From Camelus dromedarius (lineage: Eukaryota), in contig NC_087437.1 of assembly GCF_036321535.1 (NCBI RefSeq), forward strand, positions 54,624,001-54,688,000: a stretch of DNA of 64,000 bases, in the 5' to 3' direction. Of the stretch, positions 24,127 through 36,090 are shown one piece after another. Below the pieces are notes generated by a model. That model saw nothing but the letters and a program-made list of their open reading frames with translations. It searched no databases and was not told where the DNA came from. Position 1 is the stretch's first letter; every line of letters begins with the position of its first letter. The translations under genes were made by a program, and so were the position numbers.

Positions 24127-24631
24127 TGTTGTTCTGGAGAATAGGTTCTTGTCTCATGAAGGACAGAACTCAAGTGCGGGGCATAATGCGGTGAAAGCAA
24201 GTTCATTCAGAGAGATACATACTCCACAGACAGAGTGGGGGCCGGCTCAGAAGGCAGGAGACGTGGCCCTAGGAGATATACGTTCCAGAGACAGAATGCT
24301 GTCCCTCTCGCTCGGAAGGGAGAGCCACCGGGAAGTGGGAGGGTGGTTAGTTTTTATGGGCCAGGTAATTTCATATGCCGACAAACGGGAGAATTATTCC
24401 AGCTGTTTTGGGGAAGGGGCAGGGATTTCCAGGAATTAGGGGCCCGCCTTTAACGGCCAGCCTGGGCACTGTTGTGGCGCCTGTGGACGTGTCATTTAAC
24501 ATGCTAATGTATTACAATGAGCGTATAATGAGGCTCAAGGTCTACTGGGAGTCCAGTCTTCCGCCATCTTAGAACTAGTTGCTGCGTCATTCTTTTAACG
24601 GTCATGCCCTGCCCCCTTCCCTCCTGCCTCA
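24127..24631 (-). mobile_element. ERV1-class solo LTR
   Basis: TG...CA ends (tgttgttctgg...ctcctgcctca); CpG-rich versus flanks; blocks typical of ERV1 LTRs (ttcatatgc, tgtcatttaacatgctaatgtattacaatgagcgtataatgag, ccgccatctt); internal diverged ~60-bp direct repeat; no clean TSD found. Confidence 0.75.
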
Positions 24632-25054
24632 GTATGTTTGAGAAGGTACTTGGCCGAGTGTCAGAAAACCGAGGTGCAGACCAGCCTGAATTAAGAAGCA
24701 TTTACTTAACACCTACCAAGAAATGTGTCTTGCTAAGACATTGAAAGAGGGAGCTGGCAGGTGTGTGGAGGTGAGTTTGATTCAGGGCCAGCCAAGACTC
24801 AGTGTGATGTGTGGGCTCAGTAATTACACTCTGTGAGTGAGAGAATTTAGGGAACTCTTTCTACCAGAGGTTTCTTGTAAAACCAGGGACTGGACTTGGC
24901 TTTGAAAGATGATTAGATGGACGTCCATGGGATACTAGAGAGACTCAAGGGGGCATCTGTGGCAAGTAAGAATTAGCTTGAGGAAAGACCCAGAAGCAGG
25001 TGAGTACTGGCAGAAACACGTAATTGAGAGAAATCATGTCCTTTCTGGTGGACC

Positions 25055-25250
25055 TCCGGCTCCTCATCTGTAAACAGTGAGCTTTGAACAATTTGGCTCT
25101 TGAGAAGCCTCAAGAATTCCCACTGGAGTTCTACAAGATCTCCTATTCCACAGCCAGATAAGCCATTTAGCCAGACCCTGGCAGCTGGTAGTGGCAGTGG
25201 AGCAGGACTCAGAACCCAAGTGTCCTGTTCTCTGTTTCACTGCTTTTCCC
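25055..25250 (-). mobile_element. MIR fragments
   Basis: ctcctcatctgtaaa core; agataagccatttagccagaccctggcagctggtagtggcagtggagcaggactcagaacccaagtgtcctg. Confidence 0.6.
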
Positions 25251-27039
25251 GCGACACCCCCCCCCCCCCACCGAGCGTCACGATGATGAGCAGGTGGGAT
25301 GCCCATTATTATTGTAGCCTTTAACGCACGAAACACAGAATTTTAGAATCATCGAAAACATAAAACATAAGCTGTTTAACCATCTTACATACCTGATGAC
25401 CCTCCCACTGGAGAGGGCCGGCTCTTGTAAAATGCTTCCTTCCTCTGTTTTGCTCATATGGGTTTTGCTCCCCTGCCTGAAGGACCAGTACGAATCCCTC
25501 CTCCTAGAAAAGCCTTCTCTCTCCACCCCTTGGCTCAGGAGTGGAGCCTCAGCATTGGACTTTGTTTCACAATTAAAATTTATTTTGTATTGCTGTCTTT
25601 TTATGTTTCCTCTTAGCCCCATTCCCCCAACATACACATATTATAAGGCTTCTGACTCCAAGGACTACTTTATTTTGCTTCTCTGAATTCCCTGTAGTTC
25701 CTGGCACAGTGCCTTTGACTTCATGCTCAGTAAAGAAGCCCGCAACTGTGTTCTTCAACGGTTTTTCCCTCTGCTTTTTGCTTGTTTTTAAGATGGATAT
25801 GACACTTAGAGGTTTGTCGAATTTCAGAACTGGAAAGGAAGTTCGAAAAACTCTGCCTAGTCGAGTTCCCTCCCAGGAAAGAAATGGCTTGCCCTGCTTT
25901 GACCTGCTCAGTTAGTGGCAGGTCTGAGAATGGTGCCCCTACCTGACCAAGCAGTGGAGGGATGGCTGGGGCCTGAGCTCTTGCTCACCGGTCAGCAGGC
26001 CTTGGCCAGGTGCCTTCTTTCTATGAAGAATGTTAGGAATACAGGTGGCACTCGTGAGGCTGCTGCCGTGTGAAGCAAGCAGCCGCATGCTGGGTGTCTA
26101 GCACGGTACACCATGTGGCAGGCCCACGGCCGGTGCTCTCACATCGCTTAGCTTGGTCAGTCGTCATAAGCTGGAATTCCCACTCCTACACGAGGGAGAC
26201 AGGCTGTGAACAGGACGTTTAGCAAAAGCCCTTTCCTGGAAGCTCGGAAGAGGCACAGTAGTGGACAGGTGCGTACCTTCTAGGACGGGGGCGGAGGGCT
26301 CTGCAGAGCGGCACATGTGACTGTTCTGAGGGCACCTGATGGGGAAGATAAGTGAAAACAAAGCTGAGATTGCAGTTACAATTGTGGTGGGAGGACCTGT
26401 GTGCACCTGAGTGTGAGAGAGGACTCATCGCTCCCCCTCTCCTTCACACGTGCCTCTCTGAGTCTTTGGAGAACTCGGACCTGAGAGCCTCCCACTTGGG
26501 TGTTTGCGGTATTGGCTTGTACCTGCTCCTATTCCATCTTACTCCCTCCTCTCCCCTATCCTCCAACCCCAACGAGTCTTTTTCTCCCTCCTGTTCATTC
26601 TGGCCCCCACCTCCTTCTCCTGAGTTAACCCTGGGTGGCCTCAGGTCCTGAAGGCTTTCCAATGGCAGAGTCCTCTGTACTGGACTGTGAAAATGCTGGC
26701 AGGGAAGACGATACACAAATCTGTTAAATACACAGTAAAAATAGCTTCTGATCTATGGGACTTGGTATTAAGCAAGATGATATTAACGAGGTTTGAGTGC
26801 TGTTCTGAAATGTGGCAGCTGCACACGCATCTTGGCTGCTTTTCCTCCCTACCCCTGGCAGCTTGTGAGCAGTGTTGCCATGACACTCCTTGGGCTCTGT
26901 TTAGATCAGCTATTTTCTGAAGGAGTGCCTGACCTTCCCCACAATAGAAACCGTCGATGTGGTCATGCCAGTGCCTCTCCTGGAGCTGTGTGACTGGTGG
27001 GCCCCTACTTGTGACTTGGAAACCGTAGGTCAGGACACA

Positions 27040-27225
27040 GACACTGAACATTTAGGAGCAAGAAGGGCTTTTAAATATCCTTTAGTCTCCTTTGATGAGT
27101 GAGAATGCTGAGGCCCCTTGAGTGGAAGTGACTTGTCCAAGGTCACAGAGTGAAGTAGGGACGAGGCTGGGACAGGAAGTCAGGTCTCCTGATTCCTGGT
27201 CCTCTGATACTCCAACCATGCCACC
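27040..27225 (-). mobile_element. MIR SINE
   Basis: gctgaggccccttgagtggaagtgacttgtccaaggtcacagagtgaagtagggacgaggctgggacaggaagtcaggtctcctgattcctggtcc. Confidence 0.8.
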
Positions 27226-28926
27226 CTTACCCCTGCCTGAGGGTCCTTCTCAGCCCAGAAAGCTATGGATGGAGATGAGCTGGGCCTGGGGACATGGCTG
27301 TCCCTAGGAATGGGCGGAGGAGGTGAAGAGAGAGGGAGGAGCTCAGGACAGATAGGGAAATGAGGAAACGAGGAGGGTGTGGGCAGCGCAGGGGTGGCAG
27401 AAGCCAGAGTAAACGCCCGAGTTGCCGCTCAGCGGTGCCCGTCCACAGACTCTTTCCTACCAGATTCCAGATTGGTCCACTGAGAACTAGATGCTCAAAG
27501 GGGCAGGGGAAGAATAAGGTCATGTTCTCTGTTGGTCTGAAGCCTTCCCTGCCCTCATGTAAGACCTCACATAAAACTACCATTAAGAGCCATTGTCAGC
27601 ATCATCCTTTTTTGAGTACTTTATTATATTGTTAAGCATTCTTCAGGGAGTTCCTATGTGAAATGCTGTCTCCTCCACAAGATTACTAGGTCCCAGGAGA
27701 CAGAGATTGTGACTTAGGGGGACCTCCCTCCCTTTGTTTTTCCTCCCTCCCTCCCCATGCCACCTTTCAATCGTGATGCCTGGCAGAGCCCAAAATCACA
27801 TATGAGGAGCATCCAGTAAACTTTTGTTGAGTTGAACTTAGATGATTTCGTATAGCCTCTTCACATGTTTATTGGTTGGTGGTGAAAGTTGGCGAATTGT
27901 GATTTGGGAGGAAGGGCAGACAGTGTTCTCAACAATTTGGATTCTGTGAGTTTTCTTGTATACTCCTAGTTAGCCTTCATAAAACCCAGTACTCTGTCTA
28001 GTACTATACAGTGAAGAAACAAAAGTCAAGTGACCCACTCAAATTCACTTCAAGTAATAAATGGTAGAGATTGGCTTCGCACCTGCATCTTCTGTCTTCA
28101 TATGTTATCACAGTGATACCCTGCTCTTCCCCAGTGCCTATGGAAGGGGGTTATTCCACAGACAGTGGTTCAGCTTCTGTGGAGGAGAGTCCAATCTTTT
28201 AAGGTTGTAACTTACCCCCTGAAGAGTTTGGAAACAATAAATACGAGGCCTCAAGTTCAAGTTGATTTATTATAATGCTTTGAAAACCTTATGCTGAATT
28301 TTTTTTTCCCCAGTAAGGCAAGGGAAAAATAGTGCATTTCTATATTCTTTAATTTGCTTAGTTTGAAATAAACTTTGAAATAGAGAGTAAGACTCTTTTA
28401 ACTTTTAATAAATTTGAATACATCCGGAATATAGGGGAAAAGGCCTTCTGCCTTAAATGAATGGACTAATTTAGCTAAGAGCAAAATCAGAGCACTTTTA
28501 CAAATGAGGGATGCAAGAATCTTTTGATGCTGTAGCTAAGCCCAGCTTTTGGTAAGTACTGATGTTTTGCAGGTTTTTCTCAGTATTTGCCATATTCATT
28601 AGATGATACCCATTATGCTTTCCTAACTTTCACAGGATTTGGATGCATTTGACTGATAACATTCTATCTCCTTTCTGAAAAACCATAAATGTGGAGCAGT
28701 CTTCTTTTTTTATGTATGTGATCAAGAAGAACTCTGTTGTCTAATTTAAATTTAAGTACAGAGGCAAAGCTTATTTGTAGTGAGTTTAATATCTTGATAA
28801 ATATAGATCTCATGTTTCCTTTTTGTGTCTAACTTCCCAGGTGTTCAAGGAGAATGAGTTGAATAATAATGGTATAATGTCCAGAGAGAAAATTGAATAC
28901 ATAAAACAAATATGCTTGTGGATCTA

Positions 28927-28930
<4 letters not shown>

Positions 28931-28974
<44 letters not shown>

Positions 28975-28980
28975 CGTGCG
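28931..28980. repeat. (TG)18(CG)5TGCG microsatellite
   Basis: Direct reading. Confidence 0.97.
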
Positions 28981-30469
28981 ATTAGTTCATAGTCTTTTTG
29001 ATGAAGTTCTCTATACTTTGAATGTATATAATAACTTTGGAATTACCAAAGAAAAAATTGAAATAAAAACTTGGATACTGAGGAGGATGAATATTTTATC
29101 TTTTGTTTTAGAGCTGTAGGTAAAGTGAAAAGTTAGATCATATTGGTGTTAGATGGAAACCAAACACGATCTTTATATTTTCTTCGTGAAGAAAGTTTGG
29201 CTTGGGAATCTGAATATTCTGGCAAACTTTATATATAAATTTCTTCAGCCCCCATTGAAGCCCATACTTTGCTGAATTCAGCTGAATTGGTTTACCCTGG
29301 ACAATGGCTTAGAGAACATGTTATTTATTATAAGCAATGCACATACACACTAAGTAAAGGGGAAAAAGCAGCAGTGCTTTGCACCTTTCTTGTGCATTTG
29401 AAGCAGTCTGCCTTGCCTTAGAATCGCATATGTGTGTCTGTTTCTTTAAGTAGACTGGGAGCACCTTGAAGACAAGAGAAGTGTTTTATGCATGTTTGTG
29501 ACAATGATTTTGTGAACTCAGATGCAGTGAATCAAAACAACTTTGATAACATCCTTTGCTTGGAGTTGATAGGCTCATTCAGAATCTCTATAGAAGTCAT
29601 CCTATGACTTTTGCAATCCCTCTGCTTCAAAGATTTTCTGTGGAATGAAGAAACATTATCTGTCTGCCTACTTGCAAGAAAAATGGGTAGTTAAGGGGGA
29701 GTGCAATAGCCTGTTTACATACTGGCCCAAACTGTCACTGTACAAAAAGGTTTCGTATACGCTAAAATGTTAGAGCTAGGAAAAATACACACACGTAACA
29801 TATAGAGTGAATATATATGTATATATATATATGATCATATATATATGATCTGTTCCTTGTCACAATATTTAACCCAATGTGCTATTTACAGTAATGAATC
29901 AAAATGTCAGTTTTAAAAATACGAAGTGTCAAAGTGTTCCCACGTTGCGGGAAAGTTTGATGTGACAGTTTGTTAATCATATGACTGTTATATCAAATGT
30001 GTCTCACAGTGTTTTTTTACTCAGTGCTCTTTCTTGTAGGCTCCTCGCACGTTTTCAGTGAATTCCAAGTTCAAGTTACTAACCCAAGGAACACATTTGG
30101 GTTACGTGTCTCCCACACCTCACACAAATGCTGCTATGTTTTCCTGTACTTACAACTGAATGGATTTAACATCATTTTAGAGTAGTTTGATTTTGTGCCT
30201 GACACATTTATGTATAGAAGCTTTAAAAAAAAAAACCCACACTACTGCGATTTTGTTGTTTTCACTGCAAAACCATCACATGAAACTTTAAACTGATAGA
30301 ATGGGGTGTTTTGTGTTTCTCCAAGCTGGGTTTCCCAAGCTATAATTTAGATGTCCTTACTCTTTGACCTTGGGCACATTTTAGAGTTTTGCTTGGCACG
30401 TTGATTATACCAATTTCTTCATCCTTATGAAAGGGCAGAATCCTAGGACATAAATATTACGTATTTGGG

Positions 30470-30600
30470 AGAAGGCAGCATGGTTTCTTTCAGGAGAATT
30501 TGTGGCTCTGCTACTTAATAGTTCTAGGTACACGGACCACACTCTGTCTCTGGGCCTCAGTTTCCTCTGAAGAATTGTTAAGGCTGAAATTAGATTAGAG
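30470..30600 (+). mobile_element. MIR fragment
   Basis: ggcagcatgg...tggctctgctacttaatagtt...tctctgggcctcagtttcctct. Confidence 0.65.
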
Positions 30601-32351
30601 TAGTGAATTTTTAAACTTATGCCTTCTAGGAGCCCAGAGTTCTGGGTGAATGTATGGCCATTCACCATGATGGGGTGCAGGGCGAGTGGGGAGGACTCTG
30701 GGTCCTTCTACCTGAGCAGGTCACTCTTAGACTTGTCTTAATTTAGTTTTATATACTATTTCATTTACGTAAAAGGTTCCACAGCTTAAATGACCGTCTT
30801 GTCCATCTGTCGGCAGCCACTGTACTGGGTGATCTAGAGTCAGCATTCTGACTCTGGGGCTCATTTCCTGAGAGGTTTCAGTGGGTACCACACCAACAGG
30901 TCTCGGCTGATCTGGCCTCGGGTTCTGCCTGTGCAACTATGTGGCCTCTGTGGAAGTCCTTTCAATGGCAAAGGATTCTCCATAGTGGGATTTGAGGGAA
31001 GGGCCACTGACTGAGGTCATATCTACATCTGATTTTAATCCTTGCCTCTTTTGAGTCTTAATAAACTTACTTTCCAGCTTAGCAAATTTTCAGGTCCGCA
31101 AAGACTATCATTTAGAACAAGTACAGGCAGGGGAAGATACAGAAGCTTTGGCAGGTGTTTCATCTGCTTCTGGTCAAGGATAGGAATGTTATTCTTCAAG
31201 CTGGAGTGTTTCAGCCAGTTTGGGGAGGAGGGTGAGCACCTCAATTTGAAGTTTTAATTCATCCATCATTTTCTCCTCCCCCCCCCCCCCCCCCCGCACA
31301 CATGAAACTACCGCTACCACCTTGACCCACTCTGCGGGGGATAGTCTTATGCATATTCCCCAGAATGATGAGGCAGGAAAATAAAAAGCTGTGAATTGCA
31401 AATGAAGGAAGAGACTGTAAGAAGGACATATGATCAAGGGACATGACTTGGTAGGACTTGAGAAAAGCCTTGAAGTATGATCATAATAAAATCAAATTGG
31501 AGAAGATATTTCTCATAAATTAAAAAACGTAAGTGTCCTTAAGATGGGAGAGAGGATGCACATCTATTTTGCCAGATGCAGAAGCACCATTTTCAGAGTT
31601 CCCCAGGGATCAAATTATGGGATTAGTTTAACTCTTTTAACTTTTGAAGTTTTGAAGGGAGAGTATTGTCAAGTTTTGTCATGACACTTTCTTGTAGTGA
31701 AATGCCCCTTTGGCAACAAATCTCATAAAAACAGCATAAGCCCAGAAGCAGTAGCTGAATGTCCAAACAGAATGTTCTTTTATTGAGTCACATATCAGCC
31801 ACTGGGGATGTGCCTGAGCTTACCGGGCTGGGGTTGGGGGGTGGGCAAAATACATGTATAGGAAAATTAGAAAAAACCCGGGAGTGATTCCTGACTCATC
31901 CCTTGAAGAAACTGGTGATGAGGCCAAATGTTCTGAACCAATGTTGAATGCTAGGAATACAGGTTTAAATGGAACAGGACGCATTTTGTGTATAGTTCTG
32001 GTCAAAGGAGAATGGTGTAACAAATTGTTGGGGCGGAGGGGATGGCACGAGGATGAACCACAGTAAACCTCAACACGTTTGCTATCTTCTTTGTTTAGTC
32101 ATTTTACTTTCGCGTGGACTCCCTCTGCCTCCTTCTCCTCCTCGCTAGACTGTGAGGGCTGAGAACTCAGAGCCTTGTCAGTCGTCTTCTCTGGTTTCCA
32201 GTTGCCTGGAGTCACTCCTGGCTCATCTCTGAGCTCAACAAATATTTACTGAAAGAATGAGTGGTACTGAAAGATAGCATTACTGAGGAAAGAAACATAA
32301 CATAAATCTGGAAAATTCTGACCTGGCCACTTCTAACCCTGCCCTCCCTGG

Positions 32352-32596
32352 GACTTTTACTAAATGCTTATCGAGTTAGGTGTTATTCTGAGCACTCTGC
32401 AGCATTAACTCACTTAATCCTCACAACCACCCTCTGAGGGAAGGTATTGTTATTACTACCATTTCACGGATGAAAAATTGAGAACAGAGACATTACACAA
32501 CTTACCTGAGGTCACATAGTTCGTAAAAGGTAAAGCCCAGGGCTTGAACTCAGGTAGTCTGGATCCAGCAGCTGCTCTCTCAACCACTACCCTACG
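32352..32596 (-). mobile_element. MIR SINE, near full length
   Basis: cattaactcacttaatcctcacaaccaccctctgagggaaggtattgttatt...ccatttcacggatgaaaaattgagaacagaga...cttacctgaggtcacatag...cttgaactcaggtagtctg...tcaaccactac. Confidence 0.88.
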
Positions 32597-32895
32597 TTGT
32601 CTCCGTACTATGGGTGTAATTACACCTGCCTGTTCTACCTCCCAGCATGTTGTAAGGCTGAAACAAGATGATAGATGTGAAAGTGCTAGGAAGGGGGCAA
32701 ACCAGCTGGTGAAGGTGAGACAGCACACAAGTAACTGTAATTTAAAGTAGAAAGTAGAGACTTGCTGAGAAGTTTCCGAGAAGAAAAAAGAGGGATCGCT
32801 TCCAACTGGGGTGGAGGGCAGAAGATTAAGGAAGGCTTCTTGGGGAAAGTGACATTTGAATGAGTGGGATTTTGATAAAGGGAGATGCTTTCTAA

Positions 32896-33007
32896 TTTAT
32901 TTTATTTTATTATTTTAGTTGAAGTACAGTCAGTTACAATGAGTCAGTCTCTGGTGTACAGCACAATGTCCCAGTCATGCATATACATACTTTTGTTTTC
33001 ATATTTT
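32896..33007 (-). mobile_element. Young, heavily 5'-truncated LINE-1 3' end with 19-bp TSD
   Basis: T-rich tail then ttgaagtacagtcagttacaat...ctggtgtacagcacaatgtcccagtcatgcatatacatac; flanked by aaagggagatgctttctaa (32877-32895) and aaagggacatgctttctaa (33008-33026). Confidence 0.88.
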
Positions 33008-34609
33008 AAAGGGACATGCTTTCTAAGCAAATGGAGTGAACAACGGAATAGAGGCACCATTCATTGTGCAGCGTGGTGAAAAAGAAGCTGTTAGTTCATC
33101 AAATGCTGATTAGTTTAGCAGATTCTTTACAAAACAGTGTGCACTGAGGGAACTGGGAAGGGAAGAGGCTTATGGATGAAGGGGAAGAAATGGTGAGTAA
33201 GGTAATGAATAGAAAGATGAAAAAGCATAACAAAAAACTACCATATTAATTATCTTTCTGGGAGTTGACTCTAGGCAAATAGATGATCCTTGCCTTATCT
33301 ACATCATGCTTTGACTCATTGTTTTCTTGTGCATGGTCCATAAATGCTAGTCCAAGGAGATAATCACTCTAAAAAGACTGGTCCCTGTGAGCCTGGGGGA
33401 TGTGTCATACTCTGGCGCCCTCTTAGGTGTTGACAATGTACTTTAGCTTGCTCAATCTTTCAGGAAGCTCTGTGGGACAGCAGTCAGCTTGCTTTCATTC
33501 GACTCCTGACCTTGGTTTTTCCCTATGAGCAACTCTAATTCACATCTCCTAGTAGACACACTCCTGGAGACCTCCAGCCAACCAGCTGGACTGATCTGTG
33601 TCTGCTTCCCAACAGGTCATCTAAGAGTAGAGCTAGATCCATTCTCAGAGCAGCCAAAAGTCCCATCTGAAAGAAGAAGTTACACAGAGCACTTTTGCCA
33701 GTAGAAATGGTTATGTGTCATTTAGAAAGAAAGCTGTGCTTAAGATAACCTTGAGAACCTGCAGCCCCTCTGAAAAAGTAAGAGTGAGAAAGCAGGAAGT
33801 GGAGGAGCCGTAGGTCTTGAAAAGGAATGTGGCTGAGTGTGACAGTTCACAACCACGGGAACTCCCCCAACAGGCTGCCCTCTGAACATTTATGAGAAAA
33901 CATCCTTCAAGTCAGTAGCTTTCCAGCCAGCCTCGGAGAGGGCTCAGTGTCAGCTCACTCTTAGGGGCTGCACTGGCCTGGACGGGAAAGAAAGGCAGTG
34001 GACTGTGCTGAGTGTCCCCTCTGTGTCAGCGCATTTGGAGTCGTCACGTAAAATTATCTCACTTAATCCCGTCAGCAATACTGGGTTAGGATTATTATGC
34101 TCTTCTCATATAGATGGGGACGCTGAATCCAGGGTGCCTCACTGGTGCTGAATAGAGCATGTTGTTTTACATCTTGGACCTTTGCCCCTGTTGCTTTCTG
34201 CCCTTGTCTGTCTGGTGAACTCGTGTTTCTCCAGGTTGTAAAAGAGGCTCTCCTCTGAAGACTCTCTGAACCCCATGGGGCCTTTTGTCCTGGGATTGCA
34301 TAATGCTTTTGTTCCTCAGGTCTACATGCTGTCTCCCAAGAGTCAAACCTCAGGCCAGGTGCCTCTAGAGCTGCACTACGCTGCCTGCTTTCAACCTTCT
34401 CTACTGGGTGACTTCATTGGAACTGCATTCAGACCCGTCCTTTACAGGATTCCCTCTCCAGCCCATTGTTCTGGATCTTCTTCGCTGACATATTTTGAGT
34501 TTTCTGGACTCTGGGCCTCCTAATTTTTAATGTTACTCCCCCGACCCCTCCTTTTTCTGGAACCTACCTGTTACCTTCTTGTTATTTGCTCAGGTCTGAC
34601 CTTAACTTT

Positions 34610-34780
34610 CAAGCAACACTTTTCAAACTTGATTTGCTTGGAGTCACCTAGGGATTCTCAGCCTCAGAGATTATGGTCCTGGAGGTCTGAGAACAGTGTG
34701 GGAGAATTTGTATTTCTAACAAGCTCTGAGATGACTCTGAAAGTGTCAGTTTGTGGGCTCACTTTGATTAGTATGCCTCT
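34610..34780. mobile_element. MER5-family hAT MITE
   Basis: cttttcaaacttga...ggagtcaccta...gaggtctgaga...gaatttgtatttctaacaagctc...gctcactttgattagta. Confidence 0.6.
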
Positions 34781-35009
34781 AAACTACAGTTCAAGACCCC
34801 TGTTTTCCAGGAAATTTAACTGACTGTCTTTACCCAAAGTGGTTTTTTTTTTTTCTTCTTCTTCTCCTCCTCTCCTTCTCTTTCTCTCTTTCTTTCATAT
34901 TCTAATGGAACCCATCCAATGCCCTATCTGAATTAGATAACTTCTTATTCATGTAAGTCTATGGACCTCCATTATCAACTTCTTATGTCTGCTTAAACAC
35001 TTTAGGTAA

Positions 35010-35240
35010 GAGAGACAACGTTGAATGCATGAACACAAGTCTGGATGGAGAATCACAAATCCTGAATTAACATCTTCTCATAGTTTCTTATGAACTGTGT
35101 GCTCTGGGGCAAATCACATCTTACAGAGTGGAGTTTCCTCATCTCTAAAATAATTATTCTGTTCCTCTTACAGAAGCTCATGGAAAGTATCAAATGAGAG
35201 AATGGCTATATAAAGTGCTATACAAATGCAGTGATGTTCA
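35010..35240 (+). mobile_element. MIR SINE
   Basis: aactgtgtgctctggggcaaatcac...agtttcctcatctctaaaa...atcaaatgagagaatggctatataaagtgctatacaaatg. Confidence 0.7.
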
Positions 35241-35689
35241 CAGTAAATTATTGTTGGTGTTTTGTTTGTTTTGTGCATTTGACTCATTCACTTCATCATT
35301 AATGATGAGACATGAAGGAAATGCTGTTGGTTTTAGTGAGATGTGGAGTGGAGGATGGGGCTGAAGTGATGCTGAGATTTCAGGAAGGCTCTTTTCAGTT
35401 CCTGGAAATGATTTTCACACAAACAGTTGTGAACCTCTGCTCACGCCAGAAAAGCAGTGTGCATTTATATCGTACTTTTTCTTCAGATAGACAGTGATAA
35501 CGATTATGAAAATTGTGCTCATATTCTGAACTCATGTAAATTTGAGAAGACTGATGAAATATTAATAGTGGTTGTCACTTACAGGGGTTTGTAGGATGAT
35601 TGCTAGTGGATGAATTTATAGGGCCTTAAATTTCTGTTTTCTGTAATAAGAATACCTGAGACAGGAAATGTTTTCTTCTAGGTTTTCTT

Positions 35690-36090
35690 AAGATAGCATA
35701 TCTATTCCTTAAGTGCCTACTATGAAAAGCCTAGACCTGGCACTGAGGACTGAGAATACAGTTAGATGTAATTTTTTCTTTCATGGAGTGTACAATCCAA
35801 ACACAGACACATGCATAACTAGCTGTTTTACAAAGCAAAACAGCCTAGGTGACAAAGGAGAGGTACAGGTGGCATGCTGTGGGAACCCGGAGGAGGGTTT
35901 CAGTGGATGTGTGCATGGGGGAGGGACTCCTGAAGGAGGTGGTGTTTGAGCACACCCTGAAGAACTGAAAGGATTTTGGCAATGGAACTGTAGGTCAGAA
36001 CAAACCAGATGAAGAAAGAGTATGTTAGTACTCCGGGTGTTTTCTGTAATGTTTTACAGCTGAAGTTATGGGAAAGGCATGGAAGCACAG
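35690..36090 (-). mobile_element. L2 fragment
   Basis: aagtgcctactatgaaaagcctagacctggcactgaggactgag...catggagtgtacaatc...ctcctgaaggaggtggtgtttgagc. Confidence 0.7.

Noticed and set aside
23678..24572. Cluster of longer overlapping ORFs (up to 159 aa)
   Set aside because: Runs into or lies within the GC-rich solo LTR; no gag/pol/env motifs
28823..29119. ORF with CVCVCV and an upstream acceptor-like ttcccAG
   Set aside because: Peptide derives from (TG)n; no convincing downstream donor
33413..33428. CTCF-like motif (- strand acctaagagggcgcc); also 12007-12020
   Set aside because: Mismatches at highly informative core positions
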